This document shows positions 1-9,402 of a stretch of 64,000 nt of DNA, piece after piece. The DNA is from Desulfurivibrio sp. (GTDB lineage: Bacteria; Desulfobacterota; Desulfobulbia; Desulfobulbales; SURF-16). The stretch is from positions 15,191-79,190 of the forward strand of contig QZKJ01000014.1 in the NCBI GenBank assembly GCA_003605035.1. Direction: 5' to 3'. A program made the translations under genes and the position numbers. How positions within the stretch are numbered: the first letter of the stretch is position 1; each line of letters starts with the position of its first letter. The notes beneath the pieces are model-generated. The model made no database searches, was not told where the DNA came from, and was given only the letters and a program-made list of their open reading frames with translations.

Positions 1-1
1 C

Positions 2-670
2 GCCCTGCCCTATTATTATCTCGGCTTGATTTACCAGCAGCTCGGCAACGGGAAAAACGCCGAAATCAATTTCAAGAAATCCCTGGTCATTGAAGAACAG
101 TTTATCAGCGCGCTCCTGGCCCTTGCTGAAATTTACCAGTCAAACCAGGACTATGTCAATCTGGCCTTTTACCTGCAGAAGGTAACCGATATTATGCCGG
201 ACACCTTTGACATCCACATCGGTCTGGCCCGTGCCTGCATCCGCACCGGCGATATTTCCCGAGCCCGCAAGCATCTGGATGACGCTCAGCAGCTGGCCAG
301 GAGCAACGCCGATCAGATCAAGGAGGTGCTGGATGGTTATATTGAGGCGGGCCTGGTGGAGGAGGCCGATCTCCTCTTCGGCAAGAAAATCCAGGACGAC
401 AATATCGAAAAAACCATCCACTTCCTCAACAAGCTCGGGCTGCGCTCCAGAAAAAAGAAGGACTTTGACAAGGCACGCTACTTTTATACGAACTGCCTGA
501 AACTTGACCCGCAGAACAGGGTGGTCAACTATAACCTGGCCAGCCTGCTCTTTCTGCAGAAGCAGTATACTGACGCCGAGGCCTATCTGAAAAAAACCCT
601 GCGGCTCCATCCGGATTTCACGGAAGCCCACGAACTGATGGAGGCGGTGCGGCAGAAACTGCCCCGTTAA
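2..670 (+). CDS. TPR-repeat protein (5'-partial, runs off window start)
   Basis: Frame is open from base 2 (ALPYYYLGLIYQQLG...). Multiple TPR-like units, e.g. FDKARYFYTNCLKLDPQNRVVNYNLA and YTDAEAYLKKTLRLHPDFTEAH. Confidence 0.85.
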   Translation, partial: ALPYYYLGLIYQQLGNGKNAEINFKKSLVIEEQFISALLALAEIYQSNQDYVNLAFYLQKVTDIMPDTFDIHIGLARACIRTGDISRARKHLDDAQQLARSNADQIKEVLDGYIEAGLVEEADLLFGKKIQDDNIEKTIHFLNKLGLRSRKKKDFDKARYFYTNCLKLDPQNRVVNYNLASLLFLQKQYTDAEAYLKKTLRLHPDFTEAHELMEAVRQKLPR

Positions 671-855
671 TATTTTCTCTTCGCTCTCCTGCCCGCGGCA
701 GACCGGCCCTTTGCCCGGGTTTTGACAAAAATTAAAAAAAAATTCCTCCTTCCCCTTGATATATGGTAAATACCTAGCATTTTTATTACCTGGAAGCGCA
801 GATCCCTTTTCAGCCTGTTTTTACCGGCGGCTCCCCCGCCCTGTTTCGCCCACTC

Positions 856-2850
<1,995 letters not shown>

Positions 2851-3078
2851 GCCAGCCGCAGCAGGGCCGAACGTTGCCACAACTGCTTAGGCTTTCTTGG
2901 CCATCTCGTTACGGCTCTTTATGCCGTTTTGACCATCCGGATGGCGACATTATTTTGTTACAGCGGCTTATTTGCCTGCCGGCAATAAAATAGATAGCTT
3001 TTTGCAGTCAGGTTGTGTAAGGTGTTTTTTGAAAGTGTGCAGTACATGTTTGTAGTAAATAAAAAATACTAAAAATTC

Positions 3079-3116
3079 ACCGCACAATCCTTACAGAGAG
3101 GAAGTGCGGTTTTTTT
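3079..3116 (+). terminator. Terminator-like hairpin in the leader region upstream of the cold-shock gene
   Basis: ACCGCAC...GTGCGGT stem followed by a T tract, about 100 nt upstream of the csp start. Confidence 0.45.
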
Positions 3117-3215
3117 GTTTGAACAAACAAGCTGCCAACCGACTCACCTTTGGTGAGTGGGACAATTTATCAAGCGGTTCCCCCGTGGAGCCCGGTATTC
3201 AAGGAGTAGTACAAA

Positions 3216-3416
3216 ATGGCAGAAGGTACAGTTAAATGGTTTAATGATGCAAAGGGATTCGGTTTTATTGAGCAGGATGGCGGCAAGGACGTATTCGTTC
3301 ATCATTCCGCCATCCAGGCCCAGGGATTCAAATCTCTTACCGAGGGCGCCCGGGTAACATTTAATGTGGTTGACGGCCCGAAAGGACCGGCGGCAGAAAA
3401 CGTTATCCAGAAGTAA
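3216..3416 (+). CDS. cspA: Cold-shock protein (CspA family)
   Basis: 66 aa with RNP1 KGFGFI and RNP2 VFVHHS. SD AGGAG upstream. Confidence 0.97.
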   Translation: MAEGTVKWFNDAKGFGFIEQDGGKDVFVHHSAIQAQGFKSLTEGARVTFNVVDGPKGPAAENVIQK

Positions 3417-3437
3417 GCCCCACCATAGGCCATGACG

Positions 3438-3466
3438 AAAACCCCGCTCATGCGGGGTTTTTTTTT
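3438..3466 (+). terminator. Rho-independent terminator after csp
   Basis: AAAACCCCGC-TCAT-GCGGGGTTTTTTTTT. Confidence 0.85.
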
Positions 3467-3510
3467 GCGAAACCGGCAAAGAGGAAAAATCTCAACTGAA
3501 AGGCATACCC

Positions 3511-3657
3511 TTGGCGAAAAACACCTATACATTTGATAAGCGCCAGAAAGAACTGGCAAAGAAAAAAAAGAAAGAAGAGAAACAGCAGCGTAAACAGGAT
3601 AAGAAAAGCAGCCAGCCGGAGGAGAATGCTGAACCTGCCGAGGATGGCGGCTGCTAG
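3511..3657 (+). CDS. Small Lys-rich hypothetical protein (48 aa), missing from the ORF track
   Basis: TTG start after GAAAGG. Translates to MAKNTYTFDKRQKELAKKKKKEEKQQRKQDKKSSQPEENAEPAEDGGC*. Confidence 0.65.
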   Translation: MAKNTYTFDKRQKELAKKKKKEEKQQRKQDKKSSQPEENAEPAEDGGC

Positions 3658-3713
3658 CCAACCTCTCCCTTCGTACTTTTCACTTATTCCTCACCGCAGC
3701 AGGGGTTCTGAAC

Positions 3714-5180
3714 CTATCTGCCCCCCTGTTCTTTTTTGACCTTGTACATGACGCGATCCGCCTTGGAGAGCAGCTGCTCCATGGTGCAGGGATTATTCTT
3801 GTCGTAGCGGACAATGCCGAAGCTGACGGAAAGGACATAGGTGCGGTCCGGCAGCACATTTCTCCTGACAATGGCGTTGGCCAGCCTCTCCTTGACCGTC
3901 TTGACGCTTTCCTTGCCGGATTCATCCACCATGACCACCACAAATTCGTCGCCGCCCAACCGGCCGATGATATCCGCCTGGCGAAAGGTGTTTTTCAGCA
4001 CCTCCGCCGTTTCCATGATCAGCTGATCGCCGCTCCGGTGGCCCAGGGTGTCGTTGATCCATTTGAGCTTGTCACAGTCGGCATACAGCACAAAAAGCTC
4101 GCCCGGCAGGCGGTCGGCGATCTTGATCTGCTTTTCGGCCAGCATGAGAAAACCGCGCCGGTTATAGAGCCCGGTCATCTCATCGGTGACGGAAATCCGC
4201 CGCAGCGTCTCTTCGGCTTTTTTCCTCTCCGTGATGTTGATCTGATACTCGATCATCCGGCTGACCCTGCCCTGCTCGTCGGCAATAGGGTAGCCATGGA
4301 TCTCCACGTAACTGTCATTGCCCTGCTCATCCTTGTGGACATGCTCCTCAATGACCGGTTCCCCCAGTTTTTTCACCAGATGCAACGGGCAGGACTGCTC
4401 CAGATGACAGGGAAAGTTGCTGTCATGGGTGGCGCTAAAACATTTCCTGCCCATGCTGATCCCCTGATGCTGGGCGATGCTGTTGGACAGTTCAATCTCG
4501 TAGGTATCAGTGTTGACCACGTAAAATGGATAGGGCAGCGACTCGAGCACACTGTGCAGAAAGGCATTCTGCTGTTTGATCCGTTCCTCGGATTTTTTCC
4601 TGCCGGTGATGTCCATGGCAATTTCCAGGCGCACCAGTCGGCCGTCCATCCAGCGGATGGCCCGGTCGCGGATATCATACCAGCGCCCGTTCACCGTATT
4701 GCGGAACTCCCATCTGTGCATCTGCGGTTCGCCGGCGGCATTAACCAGTTTGTCATTGGTACAGAAAGGGCAGGGAGCGGACTGGCCGGCCTGCAGGGTC
4801 TGCCAGCAGATGCCGCCAGTGATGTCTCCGAAGATCTCCCTGGCGTACTTGTTGACGAAGAGCAGCTCGCCGGTCTGCATATCGGCGAGATAGACAATGG
4901 CATCAATGCTGTCCAGCACCGCCAGCAAACGGTCATTGGCCTCCTCCACCCTTTGCTTGGCCCGGGAGAGGTGGTCCAGGTTGCGGGCAAAGGGCCGGTA
5001 ACCGAGCAGATAGAGGAAAGGAAAAAGGATCAGGATCAGCAGCAGGGAATCAAGCAGGCCCACGGCAAAAGGGTGCCGGGCAACGATGCCGGTGCCGAGA
5101 AAATACATGAGCCCCTGCTCGATCAGACCAATCAGCAGGGTCAGGATGACAAATATCTTCAGGGGTGATGTCTTTCTCAT
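3714..5180 (-). CDS. Membrane-anchored PAS-PAS diguanylate cyclase
   Basis: Two N-terminal TM helices, two Cys-containing PAS domains, DEMTGLYNRR and an intact RLGGDEF. Confidence 0.93.
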   Translation of the reverse strand: MRKTSPLKIFVILTLLIGLIEQGLMYFLGTGIVARHPFAVGLLDSLLLILILFPFLYLLGYRPFARNLDHLSRAKQRVEEANDRLLAVLDSIDAIVYLADMQTGELLFVNKYAREIFGDITGGICWQTLQAGQSAPCPFCTNDKLVNAAGEPQMHRWEFRNTVNGRWYDIRDRAIRWMDGRLVRLEIAMDITGRKKSEERIKQQNAFLHSVLESLPYPFYVVNTDTYEIELSNSIAQHQGISMGRKCFSATHDSNFPCHLEQSCPLHLVKKLGEPVIEEHVHKDEQGNDSYVEIHGYPIADEQGRVSRMIEYQINITERKKAEETLRRISVTDEMTGLYNRRGFLMLAEKQIKIADRLPGELFVLYADCDKLKWINDTLGHRSGDQLIMETAEVLKNTFRQADIIGRLGGDEFVVVMVDESGKESVKTVKERLANAIVRRNVLPDRTYVLSVSFGIVRYDKNNPCTMEQLLSKADRVMYKVKKEQGGR

Positions 5181-5320
5181 GGCACGAATACCTCAAACCT
5201 CATGAGTTCTGATCATGACACTTTCCCTGTCAAGAAGCAAGCAGGAGGACAGACCCGGCAAAAATATCCGGCCCGGGCCCGGGCCGGCATGTGCGGCAGA
5301 GTGAAGGGGGCGGCGGCCGG

Positions 5321-7258
5321 CTAGTCGAATTCGATTCTGAAGCGGTAGACGTCCTCTTCGCGCTGGCTTTCCACCTTGAAAGTGGAATTATTGAAGATGG
5401 CCTGCATCCGCTGGTTCTCCCGCAAAACCTCCGCGGTAAAGCCGGCAATGCCGCTGCGTTTGGCCAGGGCCGCCAGATACTTGAAGAGAAAGGTGCCGAT
5501 ATGGCGGTTCTGCCACTGATCGTGGACCACAAAGGCCACCTCCGCCCGGTTGGTCAGCTCATCCAGGTAGTAGCGGCCGATGGCGATGATTTCCTCCCCG
5601 TGGGCCGCGGGAACCGTGGCCACGATGGCCACATCCTTGCGGTGATCCACGTAGACGAAGTTCTGGATCTGACTCAGGGCAAAGCGCTTGAAGTGGGTCA
5701 TGAAGCGGTAATAGATGGTTTCCTGGGAAAGGGCGTAGAGCAGGTCGCGCATGGCCGGCAGATCGGTGGGATGGACATGGCGGAAATTGATCTGGGTGCC
5801 GTCATCAAGCAGCACCGAGGTCTTGACCTCCTGGGAGGCCACCATGAAATGGCCCTCCACATCAGACATCTCCTGGCGGATGTATCTGGCCTCGATGGCC
5901 TCCTTCAGCAGCTGCTCCCGGAAACGGGGATGGGCGATGCTGATCAGCGCCAGGCACCGCTCCTGCACGCTTTTGCCATGCAGATAGGCGATGCCGTATT
6001 CGGTGATGACGTAATGCACCTCGCCGCGGGAGGTGACCACCCCGCCGCCGGCGGCGAGCCGGGTGACGATGCGGGACACCGTGTCGTCAAGGGCCGTGGA
6101 CGGCATGGCGATAATGGCCTTGCCGCCCTTTGAACGGGCCGCGCCGCGGTTGAAATCAACCTGGCCGCCGATGCCGGAATAGAACTTCGAGCCCAGGGAG
6201 TCGGCGCATACCTGGCCGGTGAGGTCAACCTCCAGGGCCATATTGATGGCCACCATCTTATGCTGCCTGCCGATGATAAAGGGGTCATTGACATATTCGG
6301 TGGGCCGGAAACAGAAGAGCGGGTTGTTGTCCACATAGTCATAGAGCTTTTGCGTGCCCATGCAGAAGCTGGTGACGATCCTGCCGGCATCCAGGGTCTT
6401 CCTCCTGCCGGTGACCGCGCCGGAGGCAACCAGCTCGATGATGCCGTCGCTCAGCATCTCCGTATGGATGCCCAGGTCCTTCTTGTCCTTGAGAAATTCC
6501 ACCAGGGCCTGGGGAATGGTGCCGATGCCGAATTCCACCGTGGAGCCGTCCTCCACCAGCGAGGCGATATAGCCGCCGATCTTTCTGGTCACCTCGTTGG
6601 GTGGACCGGTCCGCCGCTCGATCAGAGGGGTGGCCAGGGGAACCAGGATGTCGAGATCATTGACGTCAAGGAAGGAATCGCCCAGGGTCCTGGGCATCAG
6701 GGGATTTACCTGGGCGATGACCAGTGAGCCGTTTTCCGCCGCGCTCTTGACGATATCAACCGACACCCCCAGGCTGACCTTGCCCCGCAGGTCCGGCGGC
6801 GTCACCTGGAGCAGGACCACATCCAGGGGAATCTGGCCGGAGCTGAAGATCGCGGGGATATCGGAGAGCAGCATGGGGGTGTAATGGCCCAGCCCCTCCT
6901 GAATATGACAGCGCACATTGGCGCCGATGAAAAAGCTGTTGACGGAAAAACAATCGGCCAGACGCCTGCAGGCATAAGGGGCCTCGCCTTTGGTGATCAG
7001 GTGGATGATCTCCACATCCGCCAGTTCGCCCGCCCGGTCGGTCAAGGCCTTGACCAGTTCCACCGGTTCGCCGCAGCCGGTGCCGATAAAGACCCGCTGC
7101 CCGTGCTTCACATGGGAGACCGCCTTTTTCGGGGTGGCCAGCATGTCGCTGTAGCGGTTCCGCCAGTCAGGATCAAAGGCGGCATTTTCCGCGTTCAGCA
7201 CAGGCTCTCCCTTTTTTCCCTGGGTTGCCGCGGCAGCTGCCGGCAGAGGAGGATACAT
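5321..7258 (-). CDS. Acetyl-CoA hydrolase/transferase fused to a C-terminal GNAT acetyltransferase
   Basis: Family motifs FGIGTIP, GIHTEML (catalytic Glu) and SGIGGQVDFNRGA. C-terminal Pat-like GNAT (AEVAFVVHDQWQNRHIGT...AEVLRENQRM). Start uncertain. Confidence 0.9.
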   Translation of the reverse strand: MYPPLPAAAAATQGKKGEPVLNAENAAFDPDWRNRYSDMLATPKKAVSHVKHGQRVFIGTGCGEPVELVKALTDRAGELADVEIIHLITKGEAPYACRRLADCFSVNSFFIGANVRCHIQEGLGHYTPMLLSDIPAIFSSGQIPLDVVLLQVTPPDLRGKVSLGVSVDIVKSAAENGSLVIAQVNPLMPRTLGDSFLDVNDLDILVPLATPLIERRTGPPNEVTRKIGGYIASLVEDGSTVEFGIGTIPQALVEFLKDKKDLGIHTEMLSDGIIELVASGAVTGRRKTLDAGRIVTSFCMGTQKLYDYVDNNPLFCFRPTEYVNDPFIIGRQHKMVAINMALEVDLTGQVCADSLGSKFYSGIGGQVDFNRGAARSKGGKAIIAMPSTALDDTVSRIVTRLAAGGGVVTSRGEVHYVITEYGIAYLHGKSVQERCLALISIAHPRFREQLLKEAIEARYIRQEMSDVEGHFMVASQEVKTSVLLDDGTQINFRHVHPTDLPAMRDLLYALSQETIYYRFMTHFKRFALSQIQNFVYVDHRKDVAIVATVPAAHGEEIIAIGRYYLDELTNRAEVAFVVHDQWQNRHIGTFLFKYLAALAKRSGIAGFTAEVLRENQRMQAIFNNSTFKVESQREEDVYRFRIEFD

Positions 7259-7273
7259 GGCGGACCGTCCTGA

Positions 7274-7951
7274 TCAGGCATGGGGTTTGGGCAGAATATC
7301 CTGCAGATCAGGGATCATGACGGTCATGCCGATCTCTTTGAGGGCCTTATGCACCATGCCGATGTTGAAGGTATGCACCCGCAGATAGATGATCTTCCTG
7401 CCGCCGTCCTCGCCCTGCACCCTGGTCAGCCGCGAGAAGCGGATTTCCCGTTCCTCCAGCACCCGGACGATTCTGGTCAGCGGTTTGGGCCTGCCGTCGT
7501 CTTCCACGGCGATCAGGGCGGAACCGCGCTCGCCGATGCCATAGAGTTTCTTATAGGCTGCCATCAGGTCCTGCACGGAAAAGACGCCGATCACCTGCTG
7601 CTCATCATCAACCACCGGCAGCATGCCGATCTTTTCCTTGGACAGGAAATAGAGGCCGTCATCCAGGGTGGAAAGCGGGGTAATGGCAATGATGTTCCTG
7701 GACATGATGGATCTGACCTCGGTTCTGGCCACATTCTCCAGGATGGCCAGTCTCTTGTCCTCGGGCAGCAGAGAGGAGGGATAGGCGGAACGTAGATCCC
7801 GGTCGGTGATCATGCCGATCAGCCGCTGCTCTTCATCCACCACCGGCAGGTGCCTGAACTTGCGGGTATTCATGATTTCCCGGACCGCGGGCAGCAGCGT
7901 GTCCGGTGAAACAGTCACAGCCGGCGAGGTCATATGGCGCGCGATATACAT
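7274..7951 (-). CDS. CBS-pair plus ACT-like domain protein (AcuB-like)
   Basis: Tandem CBS motifs (FRHLPVVD...LIGMITDRDL and IGMLPVVD...VIGVFSVQDL) and a C-terminal ACT-like segment. Confidence 0.88.
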   Translation of the reverse strand: MYIARHMTSPAVTVSPDTLLPAVREIMNTRKFRHLPVVDEEQRLIGMITDRDLRSAYPSSLLPEDKRLAILENVARTEVRSIMSRNIIAITPLSTLDDGLYFLSKEKIGMLPVVDDEQQVIGVFSVQDLMAAYKKLYGIGERGSALIAVEDDGRPKPLTRIVRVLEEREIRFSRLTRVQGEDGGRKIIYLRVHTFNIGMVHKALKEIGMTVMIPDLQDILPKPHA

Positions 7952-7954
7952 GGT

Positions 7955-8929
7955 CTACTCCTTTACTGATAACTTGGCCAGGCCAAGAAGATAACGTTCC
8001 ACGCTGGCGGCCAGGGCTTCAAGATGATAGCCCCCCTCCAGGATTGACAGCAGCTTGCCCTGGCAGTGCCTGGCAGCCAGGGCAGCCATCCTCTCGCCGA
8101 TTACGCCGTAAAGCTCCGTGCTGTAGGACAGGCCTGACATGTCATCAAGCACATGGCCGTCAAAACCGGCGGAAACGATGATCCGCTCGGGCTGGAACAA
8201 ATCCAGGGCGGGCTCCACGAATCTGCTCAGGGCGCGGAGAAACATGCCGTCGTCGGCGCCGGGCGGCAGGGGGATGTTCAGGGTGGCGCCCACCCCCGGC
8301 CCCAGTCCTTTTTCCTCGGCATAGCCGGTGCCCGGGAAACTGAAAGTGGGATGCTCATGGATGCTGATGTAAAAAACATCAGGGTCCTCCTCAAAGGCAT
8401 CCTGGATGCCGTTGCCGTGATGGGCGTCCCAGTCGATGACGGCAATTTTCCGCCGGCCGTAACGCCGCTGCCAGTACCTGGCGGCCACCACCGCATTATT
8501 GACGAAACAGAAGCCCAGGGCCATGGCTTTTTCCGCGTGATGGCCCGGCGGCCGGATGCTGCAGAAGACCAGGTCGCTGCCCTGTTCCTCCAGCCAGTCG
8601 ATGCCGGTCAGACAACCGCCGGCCGCCAGCTGAATCGCCTCAAAGGATTCAAAACAGATCTGGTTGTCCTGATGGTCGATATAGGTCTGCCCCCGCAGGG
8701 CCGTTTCTTCCAGGCGGAAAAGATAGGACTCCGCATGATAGACCAGAATGTCCTGACGCAGCGCTTTCCTGGCGATTTTCTCCGTGATGTGCGGGGCAAG
8801 GGGACTTTCCCTGAGCAGCCGGTCAATGAACCGCAGCCGGTCAGGGCTTTCCGGGTGGTCGCCGCCACCTGTGTCATGCTCCAGGTAATGCGGATGACTG
8901 ATGATGGTCAGAGGTCTGAATTGCGTCAT
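7955..8929 (-). CDS. Zn-dependent histone deacetylase family protein (AcuC/HDAH-like)
   Basis: HPESPDR, RPPGHHA, GFCFVNN, DWDAHHGNG, SAGFDGH and LEGGY motifs. Confidence 0.95.
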   Translation of the reverse strand: MTQFRPLTIISHPHYLEHDTGGGDHPESPDRLRFIDRLLRESPLAPHITEKIARKALRQDILVYHAESYLFRLEETALRGQTYIDHQDNQICFESFEAIQLAAGGCLTGIDWLEEQGSDLVFCSIRPPGHHAEKAMALGFCFVNNAVVAARYWQRRYGRRKIAVIDWDAHHGNGIQDAFEEDPDVFYISIHEHPTFSFPGTGYAEEKGLGPGVGATLNIPLPPGADDGMFLRALSRFVEPALDLFQPERIIVSAGFDGHVLDDMSGLSYSTELYGVIGERMAALAARHCQGKLLSILEGGYHLEALAASVERYLLGLAKLSVKE

Positions 8930-9402
8930 TTACGGGGAAAAGAAAATATTCATGTCGATTAGGTATCACTACCTACGTCACAGCCTGATTTATCTGCAAA
9001 TAGGATTTTTGTCAACCACAACCATGCGGTCCTGCGAAAAACCCTGATTGCCGCCTGTTGGTGCTCAAGGGCCGGGGCCGGAGCGGCGATGCTTTTTTGC
9101 GGCATTAATCCCACAGGATCAATTGACAACTGCAGCGGCACGCGATAATGTACCGGCCAATGGCGAGCCATGGCAACCTCCTCTGTTTTTTCCAGGAGTA
9201 TCAGACAGCTGGCTCTTTTCCGCCAATTTATTATTTACCTGCCCCGCAGAGCAGCGCAGCGCAATTTCCGGTCAACGGCTTGCCGGCCAGGGCTTGTTCG
9301 CCAAGAAGCTCTTCATAGACGCTGCCCAGCAGGGTGAAAGGAAAACCCATCACCAGAAAATAGCGACACATCGAGAAATGATGAAGCAGGAGCAGAACAG
9401 TC

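Noticed and set aside
9123-9149. Sigma70 promoter TTGACA...GATAAT upstream of the radical SAM gene
   Set aside because: The spacer is only 15 nt, so it is not supportable without TSS data.
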